Positions 17,621 through 28,488 of a stretch of 64,000 nucleotides of DNA are shown here, piece by piece (within the stretch, counting starts at the first letter, position 1; each line of letters starts with the position of its first letter). The translations under genes and the position numbers were made by a program. Origin of the DNA: Nitrospirota bacterium. GTDB taxonomy: Bacteria > Nitrospirota > JACRHJ01. The notes under the pieces are model-generated. The model ran no database searches. It saw only the letters and a list, made by a program, of their open reading frames with translations, and was not told the origin of the DNA. Location of the stretch: positions 16,703 through 80,702 of the forward strand of contig DAHWTK010000001.1 of the NCBI GenBank assembly GCA_027328825.1, written 5' to 3'.

Positions 17621-18616
17621 TCATGCGATTCGAAAGTCCTTCATAAAGGCCGCCGTCTCCTCCGGTATCGTCACGTTTATGAAAATCCCCGAGCCGAGCT
17701 CGAACCCGGCAACCTGCGTAAGCCTCGGTATTATCTGAAGATGCCAGAGGTAATAGGACTTGTGCTCGTCGTCCACGGGAGCGGTGTTTATAACGAAATT
17801 ATAATCCGGGTTGTCGAGGCTCAGGTACATTTTCATCAGGATTTCCTTGAGAACGCGGGCGAGGTCTGAGATTTCGTCCTCGGTGATATGTCCGAAGGAC
17901 GGCTTATGCTCCCTGGGCATAATCCACGTCTCGAACGGGTAATGCGAGGCGAAGGGGTGTATGACCGTAAAGCGCTTTGTAGAGGCGACTATCCTCTTCC
18001 CCTCCTCAAGCTCCGCCTTCTGAATGTCAAAGTGAAGCGAGCGTCCGGTATTGTCGAAATACTGCGTCGCCACCTCGTATTTCCGCCTGATATACGGCGG
18101 CACGATGGGCGAGGCGACTATCTGCGTATGGGGGTGTTCAAGAGAGGTGCCCGCCTCTCTGCCGTGGTTTTTGAAGATTATTATTACCTTTACCTTGGAA
18201 TCTTTTTTGAAGGCCAGGTACCTGTCCCTGTACATCCTTATCAGGTTCTCGACGTGGCTATCCGACATGAACGGAATGATCTCGTTATGAAGCGGCGTCT
18301 CGATTATTATCTCATGTCTGCCGTAGCCGTGCGTTTCCCGGAAAAACTTCCATTCGTTCCTTACCAGATCCCCTTCGGGCGTTAGGGCCGGGAACTTGTT
18401 CGGAATGGCGCGTATCTTCCAGGCGCCGCCTTCGCTGAAGACGGCAGTCGTATCCGGGGTCAGTCTTTCATTCCCGATGCAGAACGGGCAATTCGGGTCG
18501 TGCGCGGGAAGCGCGACCGGCGCGGTCTTGCGCTTGAAATCGTCCGGGCGTTTTGCGCGCTCTTTAGCGATGATTATCCAGTCGTAGGTAGTAGCATCCT
18601 GCCTTAGCTCCGACAT
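17621..18616 (-). CDS. galactose-1-phosphate uridylyltransferase-like (GalT/HIT family)
   Basis: HPHTQ His-x-His-x-Gln nucleotidyl-transfer motif and CxxC-containing N-terminus; AGGAGGA RBS favours ATG at 18616 over the ORF-track start 18634. Confidence 0.7.
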   Translation of the reverse strand: MSELRQDATTYDWIIIAKERAKRPDDFKRKTAPVALPAHDPNCPFCIGNERLTPDTTAVFSEGGAWKIRAIPNKFPALTPEGDLVRNEWKFFRETHGYGRHEIIIETPLHNEIIPFMSDSHVENLIRMYRDRYLAFKKDSKVKVIIIFKNHGREAGTSLEHPHTQIVASPIVPPYIRRKYEVATQYFDNTGRSLHFDIQKAELEEGKRIVASTKRFTVIHPFASHYPFETWIMPREHKPSFGHITEDEISDLARVLKEILMKMYLSLDNPDYNFVINTAPVDDEHKSYYLWHLQIIPRLTQVAGFELGSGIFINVTIPEETAAFMKDFRIA

Positions 18617-18683
18617 GCGCCGTCCTCCTGGCATAGATTTACCGGCTTTTTAAAATTTATACTACTACCGGGAATATATAAAA

Positions 18684-19754
18684 TCAAGTCTCAAGCTCGT
18701 CGAGGATGGCGGGAACCGCGCCGGCCAGAGGGACTATCCTGTCAACGCCGCCCAGGGAAACCGCTACCTTTGGCATCCCGTAGACGATGCAGGATTCCTC
18801 GTCCTGGGCGATGGTCTTGCCGCCCGCGTCATGAATGGCCTTTATGCCCATGGCTCCATCGTTTCCCATGCCGGTAAGTATAACACCTATAACTCTGCCA
18901 CGCATTACCTTTGCCGCCGATTCCATCATGACGTCAACCGAGGGGCGATGGATTCTGTCCACCGGAAATTTGGAAAGGTGTACGCAAAGCTCTTCTTCGA
19001 CATGCAAAGTCATATGCAGCCCGGAAGGCGCGATAAGGCATTTCCCCGGCCTTACCAGGTCGCCGTCGAACGCCTCTGACACCTCCAGCCTTGAAAGGCT
19101 GTTCAGCCTCTCCGCCAGAGAGGCGGTGAAGCCTATAGGCATATGCTGCACAACCAGAAACGCCGCATTCAAACCCTCGGGGAGATTGGATAATATCTCC
19201 TGCAGCGCGGGCGGCCCGCCGGTTGAAGCGCCGATTGCCACCACCTTCATTTCCTCAGTGTCGGCTTTGACCGGGACATATGCTTGAGGCAGAAAGACTT
19301 GCGGGCGCGCCGGATGGACTGGCGCCAGTTTCTTTACTATTTTATCCGTATCGACGCCGGCCACCGCCCTGACTTTTGATGTAAGTTCTCCCGCGATGCC
19401 AAGTATATCCATTGCAGTATGGGCGGAGGATTTATCGATTACATCGACCGCGCCCAGGTCAAGAGCCCTGAGAGTCACCTCGCCGCCTTCGGAAGTCAAA
19501 GAAGAAAGCATGAGTACCGGCACAGGGCAATCCGCCATTATCATCCTGAGAGCATCCAGACCGTCCATGCCGGGCATCCGCACGTCGAGGGTAACGACGT
19601 CCGGTTTTAGCATCCGGGTTTTTTTATAGCCTTCCTCGCCGTCCGAGGCCGTGTCGATTACCTCTATCATAGGGTCTGATGATAGCATCCTGTACAGGGC
19701 CTTACGCATGAACACCGAGTCGTCCACTACGAGCACTCTTATCTTTTTGGTCAT
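18684..19754 (-). CDS. cheB: protein-glutamate methylesterase CheB (REC + methylesterase)
   Basis: N-terminal receiver RVLVVDDSVFMR...; C-terminal GASTGGP and HMPIGFT methylesterase motifs. Confidence 0.9.
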   Translation of the reverse strand: MTKKIRVLVVDDSVFMRKALYRMLSSDPMIEVIDTASDGEEGYKKTRMLKPDVVTLDVRMPGMDGLDALRMIMADCPVPVLMLSSLTSEGGEVTLRALDLGAVDVIDKSSAHTAMDILGIAGELTSKVRAVAGVDTDKIVKKLAPVHPARPQVFLPQAYVPVKADTEEMKVVAIGASTGGPPALQEILSNLPEGLNAAFLVVQHMPIGFTASLAERLNSLSRLEVSEAFDGDLVRPGKCLIAPSGLHMTLHVEEELCVHLSKFPVDRIHRPSVDVMMESAAKVMRGRVIGVILTGMGNDGAMGIKAIHDAGGKTIAQDEESCIVYGMPKVAVSLGGVDRIVPLAGAVPAILDELET

Positions 19755-19755
19755 A

Positions 19756-20646
19756 TTACGTCCCGCTTTTTACGTAAATCATAGTGTTCTTGTGGCGCTC
19801 GGTAATGAATATGTCTGTTATCCGCGCAAGCGACTCGGAATGTCCAAGCAGGAGACAGCCGTCGTCGGCAAGCGCATCATAAAAAGATTCCACGGTCCTG
19901 CATATGGCCGAATCTGAAAAATAAATGAAGACGTTCCGGCACAATATTGCGTCCACGTCCTTGAACATTCTGAACAGATGCTGGTCTACCATGTTTCCGT
20001 GCATGAACCTGACACGCTTTCTTATCCGCTCGTCCAGAAGATATTTTTCGCCATCCCGTAAGAAATATCTGTCTGCCGTTTCCCTGCTGGTTGATCTAAG
20101 AGAGTATGCCGTGAATTCGGCGGAATTGGCTTTCCTCAGTATTTTCCCGTCGATGTCCACACCTGTTATATCTATTTTGCACCGGTCGTAAATCTTGGCC
20201 TCTTCCAGCATTATCGCCAGAGTGTACGCCTCTTCGCCGGATGAGCAGCCACACGACAGTATTTTGAAATTTACGATGCCTTCATTTTTTATTTTTTCCT
20301 TAAGCCGCGCGACAAGCAATGAAATCTGGTTTATCTCTCTAAAAAAATAGGTCTCATTGTTGGTGAGTCGCGGGATTAGTTCCGCCGTCTCGTCCCCGCC
20401 GCGCGGATGGAATTTTAAATAATTGTAATATTCCGAGAAAGAGCCTATGTCCAGAACGGTCATACGCGAAGAAAGCCTCATGGCGAGTGTCTGAATTTTC
20501 GCGTCCTCGAAAAAAATTCCGCAATAATCGTGTATATAATCCCTGATAAGCCTGAATTCGAACTCCGACAAGACCTTTTCTTCATAGGCGCTCTCCCCGG
20601 TCGCACCGGGTGCTGCTTCCGTCTCTTTTATTGCGTTAAAATTCAT
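19756..20646 (-). CDS. cheR: chemotaxis protein methyltransferase CheR
   Basis: 296 aa; SAM-MTase fold with ETYFFRE and SCGCSSGEEAYTLA motifs. Confidence 0.85.
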   Translation of the reverse strand: MNFNAIKETEAAPGATGESAYEEKVLSEFEFRLIRDYIHDYCGIFFEDAKIQTLAMRLSSRMTVLDIGSFSEYYNYLKFHPRGGDETAELIPRLTNNETYFFREINQISLLVARLKEKIKNEGIVNFKILSCGCSSGEEAYTLAIMLEEAKIYDRCKIDITGVDIDGKILRKANSAEFTAYSLRSTSRETADRYFLRDGEKYLLDERIRKRVRFMHGNMVDQHLFRMFKDVDAILCRNVFIYFSDSAICRTVESFYDALADDGCLLLGHSESLARITDIFITERHKNTMIYVKSGT

Positions 20647-20693
20647 AAAAGACCCTGAATATTAATTCTGGAATTTCCAATACGAGACATGCA

Positions 20694-22673
20694 TCAGGCA
20701 TGTGCCGAAACGTTTTCATGCAGCGCCGCAAGAGCCCTGGCAGCTATTTTTCGCACCATGACGTCTTCATCTTTCAGCGCGGACTGCAGCGCTCCGCAAA
20801 CCCCATCGCCTCCTGCCTTGCCGAGGGCCTCGGCCGCCGCCGCCCTGACGCTCCAATGGGTATGCGAGAGAAGCTCCGTCAGCAGTGGAACTGCTTTCTC
20901 GCATCCAATCCGGCCAAGCGCCTGGACTGAAGCCATGAGAATGTCCCTGTCGCCCGCGCAAGCAGTTTCAAGCACGGGCTGGCAGGCCTCTTTTCTTCCC
21001 AGCGCCCCAAGCGCTTCGAGGGCCGCGACCGCCAGTTCGCGCGGTGAATCGTTCAGGATTTCCATGAGCGAGAAAATGGCGATCGGATCCCTTTGTTCCT
21101 TCAAGGCTCCGATGGCATAGAAACAGAACCGTTCATCCCTATCCTTGACAAATTTTATAAGTCTTTGCAGTATATGCGGGTCCCTCACCTTTCCCATGGA
21201 TACAACTGCCTGTTGCGCCACCTTCAGGCTTTTATCGTTGAGGGCCAGGAGCAGGCATGGGACCGCCTTTTCTCCGCCGATGCGTCCGATGGCTTTTACG
21301 GCTACTTCGCGTATCGTTTCCCTGGGGTCGTCGAGGAGAGCTGCGAGCGGTCTTATCGCCTCCTCTGCCTTAACTCTTCCCAGTGTCTCTGCGGCCAGGC
21401 GCATATACCTTACGTCTCCTCCGCTCTGTATGTATGGCAGGAGCCTGGTAAAAACAATCCCGGGCGAGAGATCCGAAAGCGCGGCTACCGCAGCCTCCTG
21501 CACTTCTGGGCTTTCGTCTTCCAATGCGTCCGCCAGATCGCCCACCGCCTCGGACGCCCCTATCCTGCCAAGCGATATAGCCGCTTCCGCGCGTATCATG
21601 TTCATATCGTCATGGATCATCCGTATAAGATACTCCACCCCCGGCCCCGGACCCAGGCTTCCCAGGTAACCGACTAACGCCTGCCGCACGCGGCCTGAGG
21701 GATTTTTCATGTGTTTCCCGGCTTCAGGCAACGCCGCCGTTCCAATTTCGCGAAGGGTCTTCAGCGCCGCTGCGGCCAGATTATCGTCTTCAAGCAGTTC
21801 AAACGCCCTTCCCGAAGCCGCCTCGTATCTGAGAATCCCCGCGGCCATAAGCGCGTTCTCTTTCAATTGATATTCGCCGCCTTCGAGAATTCCAATTAAA
21901 TATGCCCCGAAATTCTGCCCGCCCAGCTCAGTACGAAGCTTCTCCTCTACGGACAAGACCTCCTCGATATGCTCATTATCGCCGGACATTTTTTTGAATA
22001 TTTCCATCAGCGCCTGGAAGGCCGCGTCCCGATGCGTGGAACCCTCCAGGCGAAGAATATTCAAAAGCGGATCAATGGCTTGCGGGCTTCCAATATTTCC
22101 AAGCGCCTGGATTGCTACCGGGGATAGAAGCTCATTGTCCAGATATTTTAAAATGCAGGGAACGGCGCGCTCGGCCTTCAAATTCCCAAGCGCGGCGATA
22201 ACGGGATATGCGCTCCAGAAGTCGCTTTTATCCAATACCTCCATAAGCGGCGTTACTGTCGACGGGTCGCCTATCTTGCCAAGAGCCTCTGCGGCGGCAT
22301 GCGATACATTGGGCTCGTTATCTCTTAGCGCGCTCAGCAGCACCGGGATTGCGGCCTGGCTTCCGATAACCCCCAGCATGACACAGGCAAAATTTCTGAT
22401 TTCCCAGTCCGGGTCGGCGGCGAGGCGCGACAGGGCCGGCATGGCATCTTCGCCGAAACCGATGAAGACCTCCATGGCCGAGTTCCGTCTGTCCGCATCG
22501 CTGTTATCCCTTAAAGCCTCCTCAAGACAGGCTCTGACTTCGGTAAACCCTGCCTGCAAGATCCGCGCCTTCGCCGCCTTCCTCGTCGCAGGGTTTCCGG
22601 TCTTCATCGCAGAGAGGAGGTCGGGGATATCCGCCGCCCCAGAGAGACCCGCATGTCCGGCCCGGTCAGACAT
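20694..22673 (-). CDS. HEAT/PBS-lyase-like repeat protein
   Basis: 659 aa of reiterated ...A(A/V)xALGxIGxxxAVxxLxxLLxDx... HEAT repeats; embedded between two cheR genes. Confidence 0.7.
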   Translation of the reverse strand: MSDRAGHAGLSGAADIPDLLSAMKTGNPATRKAAKARILQAGFTEVRACLEEALRDNSDADRRNSAMEVFIGFGEDAMPALSRLAADPDWEIRNFACVMLGVIGSQAAIPVLLSALRDNEPNVSHAAAEALGKIGDPSTVTPLMEVLDKSDFWSAYPVIAALGNLKAERAVPCILKYLDNELLSPVAIQALGNIGSPQAIDPLLNILRLEGSTHRDAAFQALMEIFKKMSGDNEHIEEVLSVEEKLRTELGGQNFGAYLIGILEGGEYQLKENALMAAGILRYEAASGRAFELLEDDNLAAAALKTLREIGTAALPEAGKHMKNPSGRVRQALVGYLGSLGPGPGVEYLIRMIHDDMNMIRAEAAISLGRIGASEAVGDLADALEDESPEVQEAAVAALSDLSPGIVFTRLLPYIQSGGDVRYMRLAAETLGRVKAEEAIRPLAALLDDPRETIREVAVKAIGRIGGEKAVPCLLLALNDKSLKVAQQAVVSMGKVRDPHILQRLIKFVKDRDERFCFYAIGALKEQRDPIAIFSLMEILNDSPRELAVAALEALGALGRKEACQPVLETACAGDRDILMASVQALGRIGCEKAVPLLTELLSHTHWSVRAAAAEALGKAGGDGVCGALQSALKDEDVMVRKIAARALAALHENVSAHA

Positions 22674-22687
22674 AGACTGTCCATTCT

Positions 22688-23617
22688 TTAAAAAGGCTTG
22701 GCATAATAAACGGCATCTCCTTCGGTAATAACATTAAACTCGTGTTCAAAGAGGTGCAGGGGTTCGGAATCTCCTGTGAAAAGAAATCCGCCGGGCCTCA
22801 GGCATCGGTAAAGGGTGTTTACCAGCCGCGCCTGCGCGGTTCTGTCGAAATAAATCATAACGTTTCTGCAAAAAATAAAGTCGAAATACCCTGTCGCGTC
22901 CAATTTCTTTACCGGCCCGCCCGCCGATCCAAGCTCCATAATGCCGCGCCTTGCCGAGATATCTTTTAAATTTAACTCGTAGAATTTCACTATGCTTGCA
23001 GGAAGCTCCTTTACGGCAAGGCCTCCTTCGCTTCTCTCCATATACCGCGACAGCATATCCGGGGCTATATCTTTCACGGAACTGTTACCGTAAACACCCA
23101 TCCTCGCACGGTCCAGAACTAAACGGTTTATGTCCGTGGCCGTTATCTCGATATCCCATGCCCGCGGGAACTTGAGACTGTCGAGAATCGTAAAGGCGAT
23201 TGAATATGTCTCCTCGCCCGTGGAACAACCCGCGCTCCAGACCCTGAGATACATAAACGGATGCCTCTCGCCCCATTTCCATGGCCGCGTTTCGTCGCCC
23301 CAGGATTTAACGACTTCCCTGTTTTTCTTCTCTATCATCTCGGGGAGTATGCTTTCCTTGAGCGCCCTGAACTGGGATGGATTTCTGAAAAACCGCGTTT
23401 CGTTTACCGTCAATTCTTCAAGCAGACTCTGCATTTCTTCCGGCTCTTCCAGAAGACAATTATAGTAATTCTCGTAATCGGAATGTCCGCCGGCGATAAG
23501 GCGCTCCCGCAGGTGGTCTTCTAAAAAGACTTGCTTGGTTGCCGGGAAGAAAAGGTCGCACCTCTCCCTGACGAGCTTGTTGAATCTGGCAAGTTGTTCC
23601 TGCGTTATGGTCTGCAA
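22688..23617 (-). CDS. cheR: CheR-type MCP methyltransferase (second copy)
   Basis: 309 aa; ETRFFRNP, SAGCSTGEETYSIA motifs. Confidence 0.8.
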   Translation of the reverse strand: MQTITQEQLARFNKLVRERCDLFFPATKQVFLEDHLRERLIAGGHSDYENYYNCLLEEPEEMQSLLEELTVNETRFFRNPSQFRALKESILPEMIEKKNREVVKSWGDETRPWKWGERHPFMYLRVWSAGCSTGEETYSIAFTILDSLKFPRAWDIEITATDINRLVLDRARMGVYGNSSVKDIAPDMLSRYMERSEGGLAVKELPASIVKFYELNLKDISARRGIMELGSAGGPVKKLDATGYFDFIFCRNVMIYFDRTAQARLVNTLYRCLRPGGFLFTGDSEPLHLFEHEFNVITEGDAVYYAKPF

Positions 23618-23618
23618 C

Positions 23619-26147
23619 TTAGCCCCTCGCCGCCGGCTGATACGCTATACCCTGCATGACCTTATAAGCCTCGCAGTGCATGCAGTTGGCAAGCTTTGTA
23701 CGCGCGTCTCCCTGCTGAACGCCTTTGCACCACGTGCTGTCTATAAGCCAGCAGCGCTTCTCCGGGTTCTGGTATGCCGGACATTTAAGCCTGAATTCCG
23801 TGGCGCAATGCAGGACGTCCCAGCAGTTAATATTAATTTCCCTGGTCTTGAATATGCTTATCGCTTTCTGAAGTGACTCCGCCTGATACGTCAGGTTCTC
23901 GGCGGCGGAGCCCATCTGCTTGACCGCGCCCAGGTTCTCCCTCGCAATATCCGAAATATTTTCAACCGCCTTTACGACCAGTTCTCCGCCGCGCTTCTGT
24001 TCAGCGGTCGCATTGGCCACTATTTGGGTCATGGAATTCATGTTTTCGACCGCCTTAATTATCTGAGCGCTTCCAGAAGCCTGCTCTTTTGTAGCAAGAG
24101 AGACTTCGTTCGTGACGCGGTTCATGTCCTCCACGGCCAACCTTATCTGCCTGCCGCCGGTAGATTGCTCTTTCATCGCGCCTGCGAGCTGGCGTGTAAT
24201 GACGTTCATATTCTCCACGGCATTTTTAATCTGATGTGATCCGGACACCTGCTCCTTCACGGCCTTCGTAACTTCATCCGCCGCTTTATTCATATTCTCG
24301 ACCGACTTCAACACCTGCGCCGCGCCAGAGGCCTGCTCGGAAGATGCGTTATTTATTTCGGTCATAAGGCGGTTAGTGGCGCCGACGCTTTCCAGTATTC
24401 TGGAGAGCGATGCCCCGGCTTTGTCCGCAAGTTTCTTGCCTTCCAATGTTTCGGCGGCTCCCGCCTCCGCAGTACTGACAGCCTGGCCGGTTTCTTCCTG
24501 CACCTGCTTTATTACTTCGCCTATTTCCTTGGTGGCCACTACCGACCGCTCTGCCAGTTTGCGTACCTCGTCCGCAACAACGGCGAATCCCCTGCCGGCG
24601 TCGCCTGCCCTGGCGGCTTCTATAGCCGCGTTAAGCGCAAGCAGGTTTGTCTGGTCGGCTATTTCCTCAATCACGCCGACTATCTTGCCGATTTCTTCCG
24701 AGCGCCTGCCAAGACTGCCCATGACCTTGGATGTGGCATTCATAGTCTCGGCAATCCGGTTTATACCCTCTATGGTGTGTTCCACGGCCTCGCTTCCGGC
24801 CTTTGCGGCTTCCGACGCCTTCTGGGATATGCCGTCCGCCTCGGATACATTCATTGCAACCCGCCGTATTGAGGCGGCCATTTCCTCAATTGTCGCCGAT
24901 GTCTCGGATACCGTGCCGGAAAGCCTGGAGGCGTTTTCCCCTACCTGGCCGATGGAGGCGAGCATCTGTTCTATTGTGGCCGAGGTCTCTTCCACCGATG
25001 ATGACAGACCTTCCGAATCCTTCGCAACTCTGTCTATCGAGGCCGTCATCTGTTCTATTGTGGCCGATGTCTCGGATACGGATGAGGCCATCGCCTGGCT
25101 GTTTTTAGCGACCTGCTCTATAGAGGCGACCATCTGGTTTACACTTGCCGAAGTCATATCGACATTTGAGGCGAGTTGGCCAGCGTTATCGGCTACGCTT
25201 TGAATGGATGCGGCCATCTCCTCCATGCTGGATGACGTCTCATCCGCCGCACTTGCCTGTACCGCCGCACCTTTGTTTATCTGCTGGGCGCTTTTCCCTA
25301 CCTGGTCCGCCGCCGAGGCGACCTGCGCCGCGGTCTGATTGGCCGTCTCGACCATTTCGCTCAGGTTGCCTACCATTTTATTGATGGTTTCCCCAAGTAT
25401 GCCAAGCTCATCACTTGTATGCACTCTGATTCGCTGCGTAAGGTCTCCCCCGGCCACTTTGTCGGCGATCCTTATATTTTCCGCCAGCGGTTTCGTTATG
25501 CTCCGGGTTAGATACAGGCTGACGCCGATGCCTATAATAACCGCCACCGCTATGAACATAACTATAATTATGATAACGTGCCTCGCAAAGTCGTTCACCA
25601 CCTGTCCCATCCCATTCATCCGTTTCCTCGATGCGTCCTTCAAATCATTGGCCGCGGCCTCCATCTGATGTATGGGGTCCTTATGCGGGACCATCTCCTC
25701 GTTGCCTTCCTGGGGAGTCTTTATCTTCCCGGCATCCATCATTGCTTTAGCCTTCAAAAAGGATTCTTCATAGGTTGTCGCCTCCTCCTTCATCCTGGAA
25801 AGTGTTTCCCTTTCTTCCGGTAGGTATACGACCTTATCGAGATTTGCCAGCCTTTCGGAAAGCTTGACCTGCCAGCTCTTCCAGGTATTGAAATAATTGC
25901 CATCCGTCTTTTTGTCGTCAATATTCAAAAATACATCCTTCTCGCCCCGCCTCAGTTCGAGGATTTCGGCCCTTGCCGCAGCCGCATTCTCCGCTATGGC
26001 CGCATCGGTCTGAAGCATTACGGTGGTCTTTTTAGAGACGTTGGCAACCCCCCAGTAACCCGCGCCGCCGACTGCGACCATCATAAGCAAAACGATGCCG
26101 AACCCGATTATCAGCCGCGTACCTATATTCATGTCCTTGTTTCTCAT
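23619..26147 (-). CDS. methyl-accepting chemotaxis protein (TM-periplasmic sensor-TM-HAMP-long signalling domain-C-terminal 7-Cys module)
   Basis: 842 aa; two TM segments flanking a roughly 170-aa periplasmic domain, HAMP, long heptad-rich MCP signalling domain, then the CWDVLHC...CMHCEAYK tail. Confidence 0.9.
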   Translation of the reverse strand: MRNKDMNIGTRLIIGFGIVLLMMVAVGGAGYWGVANVSKKTTVMLQTDAAIAENAAAARAEILELRRGEKDVFLNIDDKKTDGNYFNTWKSWQVKLSERLANLDKVVYLPEERETLSRMKEEATTYEESFLKAKAMMDAGKIKTPQEGNEEMVPHKDPIHQMEAAANDLKDASRKRMNGMGQVVNDFARHVIIIIVMFIAVAVIIGIGVSLYLTRSITKPLAENIRIADKVAGGDLTQRIRVHTSDELGILGETINKMVGNLSEMVETANQTAAQVASAADQVGKSAQQINKGAAVQASAADETSSSMEEMAASIQSVADNAGQLASNVDMTSASVNQMVASIEQVAKNSQAMASSVSETSATIEQMTASIDRVAKDSEGLSSSVEETSATIEQMLASIGQVGENASRLSGTVSETSATIEEMAASIRRVAMNVSEADGISQKASEAAKAGSEAVEHTIEGINRIAETMNATSKVMGSLGRRSEEIGKIVGVIEEIADQTNLLALNAAIEAARAGDAGRGFAVVADEVRKLAERSVVATKEIGEVIKQVQEETGQAVSTAEAGAAETLEGKKLADKAGASLSRILESVGATNRLMTEINNASSEQASGAAQVLKSVENMNKAADEVTKAVKEQVSGSHQIKNAVENMNVITRQLAGAMKEQSTGGRQIRLAVEDMNRVTNEVSLATKEQASGSAQIIKAVENMNSMTQIVANATAEQKRGGELVVKAVENISDIARENLGAVKQMGSAAENLTYQAESLQKAISIFKTREININCWDVLHCATEFRLKCPAYQNPEKRCWLIDSTWCKGVQQGDARTKLANCMHCEAYKVMQGIAYQPAARG

Positions 26148-26169
26148 TTAAATCCTCCAGTCGTTGGCG

Positions 26170-26778
26170 TTACCGCACGCACTCCACGTCTTTCCATATC
26201 ACGTTTTCGAAATCAAGAAGTATAATGAGCCGTCCGTCCATCTTGCCAACTCCATTTATATACCCATTTCCGGCGCCGGATATTTCTTCCGGAGGCGGCT
26301 CCACCACGTCGCCCGGCATCTTGAATACCTGAGATACCCTGTCAACCAGAAGTCCGAGCGCCTTGCCGCCGCCAACCGTTTTGTCGCCGGCCTCGACCAC
26401 TATTATCCTCGAATCCTTCACCACATCCGCATATCCCATGCCTATCCTGGCCTTCAGGTCCATCACGGGGATTATGCGCCCTCTGAGGTTTATAACGCCC
26501 TTGACGTGCGCGGGAGCGTTCGGCACCCACGTCCATCTTCCGGCCCTTATAATCTCCTGTACCCTCACTATTTCCAGCGCATATTCCTCTTGTCCCAGGA
26601 AGAATCCAACCAGGTGAAGCATCTCTCCCGCGGACTTCGCCTGATTATGCCGGCCAGTTTCGCCCTCAGGCCCGTGCGGTGCTTCCGGCGGGGCTCCCGC
26701 CCGCCCCAGTATCTCTTCCGCAAGCCCGGAAGTAGGCAGCGTTATTTTACGATTCGGGTCCGGCACGCCTTCCGTCAT
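26170..26778 (-). CDS. cheW: chemotaxis coupling protein CheW
   Basis: 202 aa CheW-like domain; start overlaps cheA stop (ATGA). Confidence 0.85.
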   Translation of the reverse strand: MTEGVPDPNRKITLPTSGLAEEILGRAGAPPEAPHGPEGETGRHNQAKSAGEMLHLVGFFLGQEEYALEIVRVQEIIRAGRWTWVPNAPAHVKGVINLRGRIIPVMDLKARIGMGYADVVKDSRIIVVEAGDKTVGGGKALGLLVDRVSQVFKMPGDVVEPPPEEISGAGNGYINGVGKMDGRLIILLDFENVIWKDVECVR

Positions 26779-28481
26779 CTCATACCTCCCTTGACAACCT
26801 GTCTATATGCGGCTTTTTCCACGATACCGGCTATGTCCAGTATCAGAACGACTCTTCCGTCTCCCAGGATAGTGGCGCCGGCAATACTCTCGCCTTCCCC
26901 CAGATACTCGTCGAGCGCTTTAATCACTACTTCCTGTCTCCCCATCAGACCGTCCACCATCAGGGCGGCCATCTTATCGTCTCTCCCGACAACTACAGCG
27001 TAGGCACGGTTGGATGGCGCGGCAGTCTCGCGGCCTGCTCCGCCAATCCACCCTGCTTCCGCCGGATCATCCTGTCCGAAAAGCCTGTCAAGCCTGACGA
27101 GCGGAAGAATCCTGTCCCGGAGAAAGATTACCTCGTCTCCGCTGATGGTCTTTATATCCCCGGAGTTGAGCTTGACGCTCTCAACCACGGAAGAAAGCGG
27201 AAGCGCGTAGAGCGTCCGGCCAGATTTCACCATCAGCGCGGATATTATTGCCAGCGTAAGAGGAAGCTTTATTGTGAATGCAGTGCCTGCGTCGGGCCTG
27301 TTTTTAACATCGATACTGCCGCCGAGTTTCGTTACGCCTTTTTTCACCACGTCCAGACCCACGCCTCTGCCGGATACTTCAGTAATTTTTTTTGCAGTTG
27401 AAAATCCAGCTTCAAAGATAAGCTCTGTCGCGCCTTGATCGCTTAATCCCGATACGAATTCAGCCGTATAAATCTTGGACGCCCTGGCCCTAACGGCATT
27501 TATATCTATGCCGGCCCCGTCGTCCGATACCGTAATAATTATATGGTTCCCCTCCTGTGCGGCTGAAAGCGTTATCTCTCCGACGCTCGATTTTTTCTTC
27601 AGGAGCCTTTCCTCCGGTCCTTCTATGCCGTGATCTACCGCGTTTCTTATGAGGTGTATGAGCGGCTCTCCAATCTCGTCGATAACCGTCTTGTCCAGTT
27701 CGGTTTCTCCTCCCTGGAAAACCAGATTTATCTCCTTGCCCCTTTCACGCGAAAGGTCCCTGACCATACGCGGGAAACGCTGGAATACCTGCCGTATCGG
27801 CAGCATCCGCACCTTCATTATGGCTTCCTGGAGCTGGGAGGTTGATTTGAATATCTCCGCCGTCACTTCCGAGAGATCGTAAGCCACCGTCTTGTCCAGC
27901 TTCAGTTCGCTGAAAATTCTGCTTGTCATCGCCAGCCTGGTCCTGTGTATTATCAGTTCGCCCACTAAATTGAGAAGATGGTCCAGGCGCTCGAAATCAA
28001 CCTTGAGTATATTGGATTTATCCGCAATATATCTGAAGCTGTCGCCCCTGGATTTTGGTATTGCCGCCTGAGAGCCGGCCTCGCCTTCCGTTGTTTCGCC
28101 AAGGGCCTTTATCTGTTCGGCAAGGTCTATTTCTGCTTTAGGATTTTCTCTGAGCCGTTCGAGCGCTTCTCTCATGACAGCGACCGAGTCAAACAGTTTC
28201 TGGAGCTTATCGTCGGTCAAGCCGGAGCCGTCTTCGAGCAGCTTTTTGAAAATCCCTTCGATATGGTGAACATACTGCTGAAGAGACTCAAACCCCATCA
28301 TTCCCGAATTCCCTTTAAGGGTATGCAATGACCCCAGCAGATCGGATATAAGCTCGATATCCAGACTGCCCTGGCCCAGATATTTCTCCATCTCGATAAG
28401 CGAGGAGTCGAGCTTGTCTATATGCCCGCTGGCGTCCTCAAAAAACTCATTTATAAGGCCGGAGGTATCGAAATCTTCCAT
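26775..28481 (-). CDS. cheA: chemotaxis histidine kinase CheA (P1-P3-P4-P5; no obvious P2)
   Basis: HPt HTLKGNSGMMGF; HATPase N-box HLIRNAVDHGIE, G-boxes DDGAGID and GRGVGLDVV; C-terminal CheW-like domain. Confidence 0.9.
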   Translation of the reverse strand: MEDFDTSGLINEFFEDASGHIDKLDSSLIEMEKYLGQGSLDIELISDLLGSLHTLKGNSGMMGFESLQQYVHHIEGIFKKLLEDGSGLTDDKLQKLFDSVAVMREALERLRENPKAEIDLAEQIKALGETTEGEAGSQAAIPKSRGDSFRYIADKSNILKVDFERLDHLLNLVGELIIHRTRLAMTSRIFSELKLDKTVAYDLSEVTAEIFKSTSQLQEAIMKVRMLPIRQVFQRFPRMVRDLSRERGKEINLVFQGGETELDKTVIDEIGEPLIHLIRNAVDHGIEGPEERLLKKKSSVGEITLSAAQEGNHIIITVSDDGAGIDINAVRARASKIYTAEFVSGLSDQGATELIFEAGFSTAKKITEVSGRGVGLDVVKKGVTKLGGSIDVKNRPDAGTAFTIKLPLTLAIISALMVKSGRTLYALPLSSVVESVKLNSGDIKTISGDEVIFLRDRILPLVRLDRLFGQDDPAEAGWIGGAGRETAAPSNRAYAVVVGRDDKMAALMVDGLMGRQEVVIKALDEYLGEGESIAGATILGDGRVVLILDIAGIVEKAAYRQVVKGGMR

Positions 28482-28488
28482 CTTGCTC

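Noticed and set aside
23661-23825. c-type haem (CxxCH) or CZB zinc-binding domain as identity of the MCP C-terminal tail
   Set aside because: CMHC is followed by Glu, not His, and there is no signal for periplasmic haem attachment (the tail is cytoplasmic). CZB domains are His-rich four-helix bundles with a single Cys, unlike this seven-Cys segment.
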